The notes: a model not told the origin generated them from the letters alone. Positions 51,301-54,285 are shown, counted from the first letter of the stretch. The stretch: DNA of 64,000 bases from Antedon mediterranea (GCF_964355755.1 NC_092678.1:5038422-5102421); one strand, 5' to 3'. Program-made: numbers and translations.

Positions 51301-54285
51301 ATATAATTATAAATTTATTATCTAACTAGTGCCTTTTCAAGCCCCACATTGGGCGCCAGTTTTTATGTAACCGCTCTACACACAACACAAAAGATTATCG
51401 ACTTAGGGTTGAGGTGAGCGGGGTTCGAGTTGATTGGGGCAGCGGCACTAGACACACATAGATAATAAATAAAAGAGTACACAATAGTTGGCTTATAGTA
51501 GATGTGTTATTATTCTAAATCGTAATACAATTTATACAATATGCGACTTATAATTAAGTATGCTTAAAGATTTAGATAACAAGTCAAACTTAAGTTTGTT
51601 GACAACTGGCAGTGGTCGAGCTTGTCCCCTTTTTGGTGTGATAAACCCGTTCGAAGTTTGATGCTTATACACTCCACCGATTCCCTCGTCTGGCTGTGGA
51701 CTTTACACACAGAATCCAACTTGGGCAATCTTCCCTCAACCTGAATTTGTTGAGCAAGGAATAAGTGTAAATACAACTTCTTTCAGAACGTACAAAAAGT
51801 ATCAGGGAGGACCTGACTGCTCTCAATAGATTTAGAGTTGAGTTGTGTACTACGGTAGCCTTTTTGTATTTAATTCCTATAACTACAGAATTCTCTATAC
51901 AGGCTTCATTCAAGGATAATTTAGGATTAGCTAATAAATCATAGCCTAGTGAGTATATAATGACAGGGTCTTATTACTACACTCTAACTTACATATAAAC
52001 ATACAATCAATACGATATAAGGTGGTCAAACATATAGTACATATTTACAATATATCAAGTTGTATCTAAGATAATAAATTCATTGCTGGACAACGAGCAA
52101 TGATAAACATAAAAGTAGTATCCTATATGTAGTTAACAAGTACAACTAAAGGACTTAGCTATGTTACTTACGCTACAAAATAATAAGTTTATGTTGGTTA
52201 TCTTACCTGAATTTGTTGAGCAAGGAATAAGTGTAAATACAACTTCTTTCAGAACGTACAAAAAGTATCAGGGAGGACCTGACTGCTCTCAATAGATTTA
52301 GAGTTGAGTTGTGATTTTTCCCAACTCTGCAGTCTTTTTTATATGTCTTGGCCCCACCCTGTTGTTCCGAAATACATTCCTGGACCATTATCTAATGGTA
52401 GATGATGGTGGCCCTATTTCCTTATTTGGAGTTTGATCAGCTAATAGTTTATCCTTAAAATAATTAGCTCATACTTAAAGTATGTTGGTCAGTACTTTCT
52501 TTGTTTGTAAGGAAGTAGGAATGTGTAAATGTTGCAATTTCCTTGGACTGGCACACTTTTGTGGCCTGGGTTACCCTTCATCTTCTTTGACTGGCCTACT
52601 TTTGTGGCCTGGGTTACCCTTCATCTTCTTAGACTGGCACACTTTTGTGGCCTGGGTTACCCTTCATCTTCTTTGACTGGCACACTTTTGTGGCCTGGGT
52701 TACCCTTCATCTTCTTTGACTGGCCTACTTTTGTAGCCTGGGTTACCCTTCATCTTCTTTGACTGGCCTACTTTTGTAGCCTGGGTTACCCTTCATCTTC
52801 TTAGACTGGCACACTTTTGTGGCCTGGGTTACCCTTCATCTTCTTTGACTGGCCTACTTTTGTAGCCTGGGTTACATTATGTTTCATCTCAGCCAAACCC
52901 CTACTAATAACGTATAAAGATGATTTTTAAAATAACGTTTTCAAACTTGAATTTTAGGATTGGACACGGGTCATTTTTACTATGTCTAGAAGCATTATAT
53001 CAGGTATGTTTACTTTTGGTTATTTCATTCCAACCAACAGGCTGGTTAGAATATGAGTGACTTCTATGAATTAAATGAAGAAAAAAACAAACCCATTATT
53101 ATCATTTTGTCTGACGAAACTGAAAGCTAGAGTACAAACCACTCAGTAGTCTCAAAATATCATAATTATTTATTTATTTATTCAACCATATTTCACGAGG
53201 GTGACCCAGCCAGCGGAAGCTGATTTTAAGGGGCCCTCAACAATACGACATAAAACATACTCCATATATGGTAGTATGCCTCTACACTTTAAATGGTAGA
53301 TACGCAACCAGCACATATGCATCGTGTCTATCAACAAATAAGCTAATGACACTTTGCATAAAGAATCGACCTTTATTTTTTTGTTATTTGTGTGCTATCT
53401 GTTTCTCTCTGTGTATTTTAACATTTTTTAGAAATTGATTATGATTGTTGTGGCTGTGTTTGCTTTTTAAACGTTTTTATGAATCTTTATATACCACAAC
53501 CAAATGAATTTCCCCGGATTTGAGATAATAAAGTTTTATTGAATTGAATTTATTTGTTTACATTTTAGAAAATAACTGGGCACAAATTACAATACACTGT
53601 ACTGACTGGAAAACCTAGCGAAATAACCTATCACTATGCTGAGACGGTACTTATACAACAAGTACGCAAAATGGGGTTGAAGACACCTATTAGGACTTTA
53701 TATGCAATAGGGTGAGTGTTATAATTGTCTTATTTAAGTACTTAACCCAGTTAGCCCCTAGATTCGATCTATTGTAGTTATTTCATTGTACACATGCGCC
53801 TTATTCAGGGATGTAGCCACCAGTACGATTGGTATGGTTTCAACCTGACCACTTTTTCACAGAGGCCTTTGACAACCCATAACTGCTTATTACTACGCCA
53901 CAACTTATTCCTCATTTTTTCTTATAGAGATAATCCAGCTACCGATATCTATGGAGCGAACTTGTATAATGAATATATAGGCTCAAAGTTGTTACAACAA
54001 ATGAGCCAAGCAAAGTCTGTAGCAATAGGGGGCAGCACAAGCGACATCCTTGATTCGAGCGAAGTTGAAAGCATGGAGCATAATTGTGCCGAAATCATGG
54101 AATCGGTACTCGTTTGTACCGGAATCTATTCCAAGAAAACCAGCCTGGAGGTACTGGAAAAGGACCCAGTAGACCATGGTCATAGAGACTTTCATTTTGT
54201 TCCCAAATTAGCTACACCGTCCATCGAAGTTCATTGTGTAAAAGAAGCTATAGAAGAGATTTTTAAACGAGAGAATTTTAAATGA
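15380..54285 (+). CDS. HDHD5: HAD-like hydrolase HDHD5 (CECR5), 8 coding exons; intron 5 contains the retrotransposon array
   Basis: Exons about 15380-15502, 16104-16307, 17024-17136, 17800-17896, 18274-18488, 52958-53003, 53569-53711, 53928-54285. Motifs FGLLFDIDGVL, VFVTNAG, SHSPL, ACNVDLLWMAEA, PR|IGHGSFLLCLE, GKPS, YAIG|DNPATDIYGAN, SVLVCTGIY, HGHRDF. Exon 1 start is less certain. Confidence 0.9.
17109..17350. repeat. 74-bp tandem repeat (about 3.2 copies) of the HDHD5 exon 3 end plus donor
   Basis: AAGGACCAGTGAGAGATATAGCAAAGG-GTAAGG... begins at 17109, 17183, 17257 and partially at 17331. Confidence 0.88.
17571..17744. repeat. Long imperfect palindrome (fold-back, MITE-like) in HDHD5 intron 3
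   Basis: Arms ...GGTACAAATAATGGCAC..GGTGAATGATGAAAGGTTATATCAAC and GTTGATATAACCTTTCATCATTCACC..GTGCCATTATTTGTACC are centred near 17660. Confidence 0.8.
17975..18175. mobile_element. MITE family A copy (TIR GCTCTGTCTACACTATCAAA; internal 21-bp CATATCACTACCATATTTGGG repeats)
   Basis: Inverted ends CTCTGTCTACACTATCAAA ... TTTGATAGTGTGGATAGAG. Related copies near 105-222, 13430-13525, 18506-18663, 59050-59122, 59171-59302 and 59866-59990. Confidence 0.75.
18506..18663. mobile_element. MITE family A copy next to the retrotransposon insertion site
   Basis: AGCTCTGTCCACTATCAAACTTTATGTGACAA ... TTGTCACATAAAGTTTGATAGTGTAGACAGA. Confidence 0.75.
19048..19622 (-). repeat. Exact 109-bp direct duplication inside the LTR (19048-19156 and 19514-19622; same in all five LTRs)
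   Basis: ACCTGAATTTGTTGAGC...TTTAGAGTTGAGTTGTG occurs twice, 466 bp apart. Confidence 0.93.
19621..19652 (-). promoter_or_regulatory. LTR core promoter: TATAAAA and TCA initiator (equivalent 52312-52343 in the 5' LTR)
   Basis: Minus strand CATATAAAAAAGACTGCAGAGTTGGGAAAAATCACAAC; the TATA T at 19652 lies 31 nt before the A of TCA at 19621. Confidence 0.65.
19855..20744. repeat. 43-bp LTR minisatellite (also 28189-28519, 35964-37326, 44771-45101, 52546-52876)
   Basis: Unit GACTGGC(AC/CT)ACTTTTGT(G/A)GCCTGGGTTACCCTTCATCTTCTT(A/T). Units including the terminal partial: 21, 8, 32, 8, 8. Confidence 0.96.
20745..20757 (-). other. Polypurine tract position (also at 28520, 37327, 45102)
   Basis: Minus strand TTTTGGCAGGGTGAG abuts the LTR start TGTAAC; short and imperfect. 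Confidence 0.65.
20969..25315 (-). CDS. pol: Gypsy Pol, copy 1 (protease, RT, RNase H, integrase); frame open upstream to the frameshift site at 25513
   Basis: LDTGS protease; RLCIDYR, LDLKSGYYQI, YLDD RT; TDAS..GLGA, YTDNNPL RNase H; H-H-C-C zinc finger, IDF/SDQG/VERFN integrase. Confidence 0.97.
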   Translation of the reverse strand: MLDTGSQVTCISEDFYKDKLRDKPIYPLTDLIVTGAGGQNVPYLGYIEVNLTFPKVQTGYTKQFPTLALVCPKLGKGLSMLMGTNTSIVRDLATGWTNTKKKGRKVGPIHSAWAEVYKEDKAKKDKLGPVKICSPMTIPRGKIVEVECVIKNTVHPNLDVLIEASPDTPLPGGLLITPLIVKLEHMGPVKLRVPLSNSSKEIRLNRNFKIATAFIPQSITHHSPEVHCNSSTASNNFNFDSSPISHIDKAKFINLLNNHPNVFSKNDLDIGRTSAVKHKIHLTNDTPFRQPCRRIPPSDFNDARDHIQDLLRKNIIRESESQYSSPIVLVRKKKTNEIRLCIDYRLLNSRTVRDQYNVPNIEDALTTLRGAKWFSCLDLKSGYYQIEMAEEDKAKTAFWCPLGFYEFNRMPQGITNAPATFQRLMEKCMGELTFSDVLVYLDDLLVFSTTLDEHLAKLDKVLSRLEEYGLKLNPDKCNFAQTSIKCLGHVISEDGVSTDPDKVEAVKSWPRPSNVKELKSFLGFAGYYRRFIQHYSHIAKPLNQLMTKYDPIRKRGKTFKKPKSNTPSDRRPSPNTPFGTNWSESCQVAFDLLIDKLSSAPILGFADYNSPFILHTDASTSGLGAALYQEINGIKRVIAYASRGLSKSEANYPAHKLEFLALKWAVTEKFTDYLYGQRFVIYTDNNPLTYVLTTAKLDATGQRWLAALVNYNFDIKYKAGRNNQDADGLSRRPHDPPSNDFEYEQYQEKADEVLGRVKFSSCSFTAVCNAKIVNKSTIPNDTTPLVESVSDSPDAIPAIYDNPIRPIDGQSTLPNVTAAEWVEHQQQDPNIKPIFKFVYNKRKPTQDELTKLPEETRLLLRQFDKLLVKDNILYRQFVNNIGAMQLQLVLPTAYRDKAFTGLHDDIGHPGMERTLDLARSRFYWPRMSSQIEDKCRCCERCVRRKARATKAAPLVSVRTTMPMELMCIDFLSIEPDSKDTRNVLVVTDHFTRYAIAIPTKDQKAPTVAKALWNNVFQHYGFPKQLHSDQGRDFESKVIQDLCKYLGVRKSRTTPYHPQGNGQVERFNQTLLKMLGTLENQKKEHWRDHVAPLVHAYNCTKNDATGMSPYYLMFGREARLPIDIQLGIDPNQNGSLSPRGYADKLRHRLETAHKLAQEMATKKANANKARYDSKVRECTICKGDRVLVKNVRLRGKHKLADRWEETIYVVLEQIGDNPVYKIEPEDSDGPTRTLHRNMLLPCRFATAKETPPKSGTKEKQRQRKPVTRQGHKTPKSTVPQPELSGHETSDSDLDYYIPNSVRTLQQPTDPSIPPNLGNDQNVAQTIIDTPIVNEIEPQINEEDVIVNHDINDIEDAVIHNLDNNDNVNIDNANNGPDIQPDVHEPQANTDDTLRPKRLRTQPERLGYFAPGQQVTSTSNMVVQVIGMQNQMFADMMQSQLSLLRGSKPN
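25445..25513 (-). other. -1 ribosomal frameshift signal: G GGA AAC plus downstream stem/pseudoknot (same in all four copies)
   Basis: Heptamer 25513-25507 is in gag phase (GCG GGA AAC). The -1 frame reads without stops into ...LIGDPSVVTIIVDGHICNAMLDTGSQ. GGGCA/TGCCC and GGGAC/GTCCC pairings follow. Confidence 0.85.
25459..26778 (-). CDS. gag: Gypsy Gag, copy 1 (PNMA/Ma-like, CCHC knuckle), 439 aa
   Basis: ATG in ACCATGG at 26778 (ORF-track start is TTG). WC..H.VD and LRQFSG..P.P..E.DFETW resemble PNMA-type capsids; CYNCGEDGHHMRGC knuckle. Confidence 0.93.
   Translation of the reverse strand: MDIYDWCIKHKVDPSHAIALRGVLKANYSHDRIPNAFKEIDRSQVVEVIDETDITFQLLLSFSKPVVDLNIPTTIDHTDNETWTIIKWDGKTPEQDTHILPTDFQGQLQKFLLEHGKTLNDLRLDSIPSDTKEVVVKHLIGNNVPRTAGVRRLRQFSGRVPIPSNEVDFETWSQLVQQLLRDDSLSQAEQKSILSQSLFPPALNILNKVTDKSTARECHDVLNEVYGLAVDADDLYTLFRETYQSEGELPSKFLMRLDENLTRATKAGAVGVAKADHMRLAQFVRGLVYDEMLSSTLNLKQRKSNPPTYLTLIKEVRSEEINSRARAEKRTPKAVSAKAALCSYEALSHEVEVLRTELHHLKSTPSPPESTPNPKTRSSPAPNTRPKICYNCGEDGHHMRGCPNPTNATLVQQKLVKRFNQAGNGRGHPGRRDNGLPHQ
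26984..27001 (-). other. Primer binding site for tRNA-Lys(CUU) (also 34759-34776, 43566-43583, 51341-51358)
   Basis: Minus strand TGGCGCCCAATGTGGGGC versus the canonical Lys1,2 PBS TGGCGCCCAACGTGGGGC (one G:U); 7 nt from the LTR end. Confidence 0.88.
27009..28519 (-). repeat. LTR2 (shared), 1511 bp
   Basis: TGTAACC...GGTTACA, PBS on one side and PPT on the other; 7 full units plus a partial. Confidence 0.95.
28744..33090 (-). CDS. pol: Gypsy Pol, copy 2
   Basis: Translation identical to copy 1. Confidence 0.97.
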   Translation of the reverse strand: MLDTGSQVTCISEDFYKDKLRDKPIYPLTDLIVTGAGGQNVPYLGYIEVNLTFPKVQTGYTKQFPTLALVCPKLGKGLSMLMGTNTSIVRDLATGWTNTKKKGRKVGPIHSAWAEVYKEDKAKKDKLGPVKICSPMTIPRGKIVEVECVIKNTVHPNLDVLIEASPDTPLPGGLLITPLIVKLEHMGPVKLRVPLSNSSKEIRLNRNFKIATAFIPQSITHHSPEVHCNSSTASNNFNFDSSPISHIDKAKFINLLNNHPNVFSKNDLDIGRTSAVKHKIHLTNDTPFRQPCRRIPPSDFNDARDHIQDLLRKNIIRESESQYSSPIVLVRKKKTNEIRLCIDYRLLNSRTVRDQYNVPNIEDALTTLRGAKWFSCLDLKSGYYQIEMAEEDKAKTAFWCPLGFYEFNRMPQGITNAPATFQRLMEKCMGELTFSDVLVYLDDLLVFSTTLDEHLAKLDKVLSRLEEYGLKLNPDKCNFAQTSIKCLGHVISEDGVSTDPDKVEAVKSWPRPSNVKELKSFLGFAGYYRRFIQHYSHIAKPLNQLMTKYDPIRKRGKTFKKPKSNTPSDRRPSPNTPFGTNWSESCQVAFDLLIDKLSSAPILGFADYNSPFILHTDASTSGLGAALYQEINGIKRVIAYASRGLSKSEANYPAHKLEFLALKWAVTEKFTDYLYGQRFVIYTDNNPLTYVLTTAKLDATGQRWLAALVNYNFDIKYKAGRNNQDADGLSRRPHDPPSNDFEYEQYQEKADEVLGRVKFSSCSFTAVCNAKIVNKSTIPNDTTPLVESVSDSPDAIPAIYDNPIRPIDGQSTLPNVTAAEWVEHQQQDPNIKPIFKFVYNKRKPTQDELTKLPEETRLLLRQFDKLLVKDNILYRQFVNNIGAMQLQLVLPTAYRDKAFTGLHDDIGHPGMERTLDLARSRFYWPRMSSQIEDKCRCCERCVRRKARATKAAPLVSVRTTMPMELMCIDFLSIEPDSKDTRNVLVVTDHFTRYAIAIPTKDQKAPTVAKALWNNVFQHYGFPKQLHSDQGRDFESKVIQDLCKYLGVRKSRTTPYHPQGNGQVERFNQTLLKMLGTLENQKKEHWRDHVAPLVHAYNCTKNDATGMSPYYLMFGREARLPIDIQLGIDPNQNGSLSPRGYADKLRHRLETAHKLAQEMATKKANANKARYDSKVRECTICKGDRVLVKNVRLRGKHKLADRWEETIYVVLEQIGDNPVYKIEPEDSDGPTRTLHRNMLLPCRFATAKETPPKSGTKEKQRQRKPVTRQGHKTPKSTVPQPELSGHETSDSDLDYYIPNSVRTLQQPTDPSIPPNLGNDQNVAQTIIDTPIVNEIEPQINEEDVIVNHDINDIEDAVIHNLDNNDNVNIDNANNGPDIQPDVHEPQANTDDTLRPKRLRTQPERLGYFAPGQQVTSTSNMVVQVIGMQNQMFADMMQSQLSLLRGSKPN
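33234..34553 (-). CDS. gag: Gypsy Gag, copy 2
   Basis: Translation identical to copy 1. Confidence 0.93.
   Translation of the reverse strand: MDIYDWCIKHKVDPSHAIALRGVLKANYSHDRIPNAFKEIDRSQVVEVIDETDITFQLLLSFSKPVVDLNIPTTIDHTDNETWTIIKWDGKTPEQDTHILPTDFQGQLQKFLLEHGKTLNDLRLDSIPSDTKEVVVKHLIGNNVPRTAGVRRLRQFSGRVPIPSNEVDFETWSQLVQQLLRDDSLSQAEQKSILSQSLFPPALNILNKVTDKSTARECHDVLNEVYGLAVDADDLYTLFRETYQSEGELPSKFLMRLDENLTRATKAGAVGVAKADHMRLAQFVRGLVYDEMLSSTLNLKQRKSNPPTYLTLIKEVRSEEINSRARAEKRTPKAVSAKAALCSYEALSHEVEVLRTELHHLKSTPSPPESTPNPKTRSSPAPNTRPKICYNCGEDGHHMRGCPNPTNATLVQQKLVKRFNQAGNGRGHPGRRDNGLPHQ
34784..37326 (-). repeat. LTR3 (shared, central), 2543 bp
   Basis: 31 full units plus a partial. Confidence 0.95.
37551..41897 (-). 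CDS. pol: Gypsy Pol, copy 3
   Basis: Translation identical to copy 1. Confidence 0.97.
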   Translation of the reverse strand: MLDTGSQVTCISEDFYKDKLRDKPIYPLTDLIVTGAGGQNVPYLGYIEVNLTFPKVQTGYTKQFPTLALVCPKLGKGLSMLMGTNTSIVRDLATGWTNTKKKGRKVGPIHSAWAEVYKEDKAKKDKLGPVKICSPMTIPRGKIVEVECVIKNTVHPNLDVLIEASPDTPLPGGLLITPLIVKLEHMGPVKLRVPLSNSSKEIRLNRNFKIATAFIPQSITHHSPEVHCNSSTASNNFNFDSSPISHIDKAKFINLLNNHPNVFSKNDLDIGRTSAVKHKIHLTNDTPFRQPCRRIPPSDFNDARDHIQDLLRKNIIRESESQYSSPIVLVRKKKTNEIRLCIDYRLLNSRTVRDQYNVPNIEDALTTLRGAKWFSCLDLKSGYYQIEMAEEDKAKTAFWCPLGFYEFNRMPQGITNAPATFQRLMEKCMGELTFSDVLVYLDDLLVFSTTLDEHLAKLDKVLSRLEEYGLKLNPDKCNFAQTSIKCLGHVISEDGVSTDPDKVEAVKSWPRPSNVKELKSFLGFAGYYRRFIQHYSHIAKPLNQLMTKYDPIRKRGKTFKKPKSNTPSDRRPSPNTPFGTNWSESCQVAFDLLIDKLSSAPILGFADYNSPFILHTDASTSGLGAALYQEINGIKRVIAYASRGLSKSEANYPAHKLEFLALKWAVTEKFTDYLYGQRFVIYTDNNPLTYVLTTAKLDATGQRWLAALVNYNFDIKYKAGRNNQDADGLSRRPHDPPSNDFEYEQYQEKADEVLGRVKFSSCSFTAVCNAKIVNKSTIPNDTTPLVESVSDSPDAIPAIYDNPIRPIDGQSTLPNVTAAEWVEHQQQDPNIKPIFKFVYNKRKPTQDELTKLPEETRLLLRQFDKLLVKDNILYRQFVNNIGAMQLQLVLPTAYRDKAFTGLHDDIGHPGMERTLDLARSRFYWPRMSSQIEDKCRCCERCVRRKARATKAAPLVSVRTTMPMELMCIDFLSIEPDSKDTRNVLVVTDHFTRYAIAIPTKDQKAPTVAKALWNNVFQHYGFPKQLHSDQGRDFESKVIQDLCKYLGVRKSRTTPYHPQGNGQVERFNQTLLKMLGTLENQKKEHWRDHVAPLVHAYNCTKNDATGMSPYYLMFGREARLPIDIQLGIDPNQNGSLSPRGYADKLRHRLETAHKLAQEMATKKANANKARYDSKVRECTICKGDRVLVKNVRLRGKHKLADRWEETIYVVLEQIGDNPVYKIEPEDSDGPTRTLHRNMLLPCRFATAKETPPKSGTKEKQRQRKPVTRQGHKTPKSTVPQPELSGHETSDSDLDYYIPNSVRTLQQPTDPSIPPNLGNDQNVAQTIIDTPIVNEIEPQINEEDVIVNHDINDIEDAVIHNLDNNDNVNIDNANNGPDIQPDVHEPQANTDDTLRPKRLRTQPERLGYFAPGQQVTSTSNMVVQVIGMQNQMFADMMQSQLSLLRGSKPN
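42041..43360 (-). CDS. gag: Gypsy Gag, copy 3
   Basis: Translation identical to copy 1. Confidence 0.93.
   Translation of the reverse strand: MDIYDWCIKHKVDPSHAIALRGVLKANYSHDRIPNAFKEIDRSQVVEVIDETDITFQLLLSFSKPVVDLNIPTTIDHTDNETWTIIKWDGKTPEQDTHILPTDFQGQLQKFLLEHGKTLNDLRLDSIPSDTKEVVVKHLIGNNVPRTAGVRRLRQFSGRVPIPSNEVDFETWSQLVQQLLRDDSLSQAEQKSILSQSLFPPALNILNKVTDKSTARECHDVLNEVYGLAVDADDLYTLFRETYQSEGELPSKFLMRLDENLTRATKAGAVGVAKADHMRLAQFVRGLVYDEMLSSTLNLKQRKSNPPTYLTLIKEVRSEEINSRARAEKRTPKAVSAKAALCSYEALSHEVEVLRTELHHLKSTPSPPESTPNPKTRSSPAPNTRPKICYNCGEDGHHMRGCPNPTNATLVQQKLVKRFNQAGNGRGHPGRRDNGLPHQ
43591..45101 (-). repeat. LTR4 (shared), 1511 bp
   Basis: 7 full units plus a partial; array differs from LTR2 by one base. 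Confidence 0.95.
45326..49672 (-). CDS. pol: Gypsy Pol, copy 4
   Basis: Translation identical to copy 1. Confidence 0.97.
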   Translation of the reverse strand: MLDTGSQVTCISEDFYKDKLRDKPIYPLTDLIVTGAGGQNVPYLGYIEVNLTFPKVQTGYTKQFPTLALVCPKLGKGLSMLMGTNTSIVRDLATGWTNTKKKGRKVGPIHSAWAEVYKEDKAKKDKLGPVKICSPMTIPRGKIVEVECVIKNTVHPNLDVLIEASPDTPLPGGLLITPLIVKLEHMGPVKLRVPLSNSSKEIRLNRNFKIATAFIPQSITHHSPEVHCNSSTASNNFNFDSSPISHIDKAKFINLLNNHPNVFSKNDLDIGRTSAVKHKIHLTNDTPFRQPCRRIPPSDFNDARDHIQDLLRKNIIRESESQYSSPIVLVRKKKTNEIRLCIDYRLLNSRTVRDQYNVPNIEDALTTLRGAKWFSCLDLKSGYYQIEMAEEDKAKTAFWCPLGFYEFNRMPQGITNAPATFQRLMEKCMGELTFSDVLVYLDDLLVFSTTLDEHLAKLDKVLSRLEEYGLKLNPDKCNFAQTSIKCLGHVISEDGVSTDPDKVEAVKSWPRPSNVKELKSFLGFAGYYRRFIQHYSHIAKPLNQLMTKYDPIRKRGKTFKKPKSNTPSDRRPSPNTPFGTNWSESCQVAFDLLIDKLSSAPILGFADYNSPFILHTDASTSGLGAALYQEINGIKRVIAYASRGLSKSEANYPAHKLEFLALKWAVTEKFTDYLYGQRFVIYTDNNPLTYVLTTAKLDATGQRWLAALVNYNFDIKYKAGRNNQDADGLSRRPHDPPSNDFEYEQYQEKADEVLGRVKFSSCSFTAVCNAKIVNKSTIPNDTTPLVESVSDSPDAIPAIYDNPIRPIDGQSTLPNVTAAEWVEHQQQDPNIKPIFKFVYNKRKPTQDELTKLPEETRLLLRQFDKLLVKDNILYRQFVNNIGAMQLQLVLPTAYRDKAFTGLHDDIGHPGMERTLDLARSRFYWPRMSSQIEDKCRCCERCVRRKARATKAAPLVSVRTTMPMELMCIDFLSIEPDSKDTRNVLVVTDHFTRYAIAIPTKDQKAPTVAKALWNNVFQHYGFPKQLHSDQGRDFESKVIQDLCKYLGVRKSRTTPYHPQGNGQVERFNQTLLKMLGTLENQKKEHWRDHVAPLVHAYNCTKNDATGMSPYYLMFGREARLPIDIQLGIDPNQNGSLSPRGYADKLRHRLETAHKLAQEMATKKANANKARYDSKVRECTICKGDRVLVKNVRLRGKHKLADRWEETIYVVLEQIGDNPVYKIEPEDSDGPTRTLHRNMLLPCRFATAKETPPKSGTKEKQRQRKPVTRQGHKTPKSTVPQPELSGHETSDSDLDYYIPNSVRTLQQPTDPSIPPNLGNDQNVAQTIIDTPIVNEIEPQINEEDVIVNHDINDIEDAVIHNLDNNDNVNIDNANNGPDIQPDVHEPQANTDDTLRPKRLRTQPERLGYFAPGQQVTSTSNMVVQVIGMQNQMFADMMQSQLSLLRGSKPN
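49816..51135 (-). CDS. gag: Gypsy Gag, copy 4
   Basis: Translation identical to copy 1. Confidence 0.93.
   Translation of the reverse strand: MDIYDWCIKHKVDPSHAIALRGVLKANYSHDRIPNAFKEIDRSQVVEVIDETDITFQLLLSFSKPVVDLNIPTTIDHTDNETWTIIKWDGKTPEQDTHILPTDFQGQLQKFLLEHGKTLNDLRLDSIPSDTKEVVVKHLIGNNVPRTAGVRRLRQFSGRVPIPSNEVDFETWSQLVQQLLRDDSLSQAEQKSILSQSLFPPALNILNKVTDKSTARECHDVLNEVYGLAVDADDLYTLFRETYQSEGELPSKFLMRLDENLTRATKAGAVGVAKADHMRLAQFVRGLVYDEMLSSTLNLKQRKSNPPTYLTLIKEVRSEEINSRARAEKRTPKAVSAKAALCSYEALSHEVEVLRTELHHLKSTPSPPESTPNPKTRSSPAPNTRPKICYNCGEDGHHMRGCPNPTNATLVQQKLVKRFNQAGNGRGHPGRRDNGLPHQ
51366..52876 (-). repeat. LTR5 (5'-most in element orientation), 1511 bp
   Basis: 7 full units plus a partial; followed by TSD TTAT and host intron. 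Confidence 0.95.

Larger units (their letters stand above)
18675..52876 (-). mobile_element. Tandem array of four complete Ty3/Gypsy LTR retrotransposons sharing five LTRs
   Basis: Five LTRs with TGTAACC...GGTTACA ends. Four internal regions of exactly 6264 bp (20745-27008, 28520-34783, 37327-43590, 45102-51365) with identical Gag and Pol translations. TSD TTAT at 18671-18674 and 52877-52880 only. PR-RT-RH-IN order. Confidence 0.97.

Noticed and set aside
18675-52876. Nested independent insertions, or a DIRS/Penelope-type element
   Set aside because: No internal TSDs, clean PBS/LTR/PPT junctions and a DDE integrase with Gypsy order. A pure assembly artefact is made less likely, not excluded, by the five distinct LTR arrays.
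53165-53550. Possible LINE 3'-end remnants in HDHD5 intron 6
   Set aside because: Only tail-like motifs (ATTT repeats; AATAAAG..TTGAATTGAA) are visible; cannot be assigned without a repeat library.
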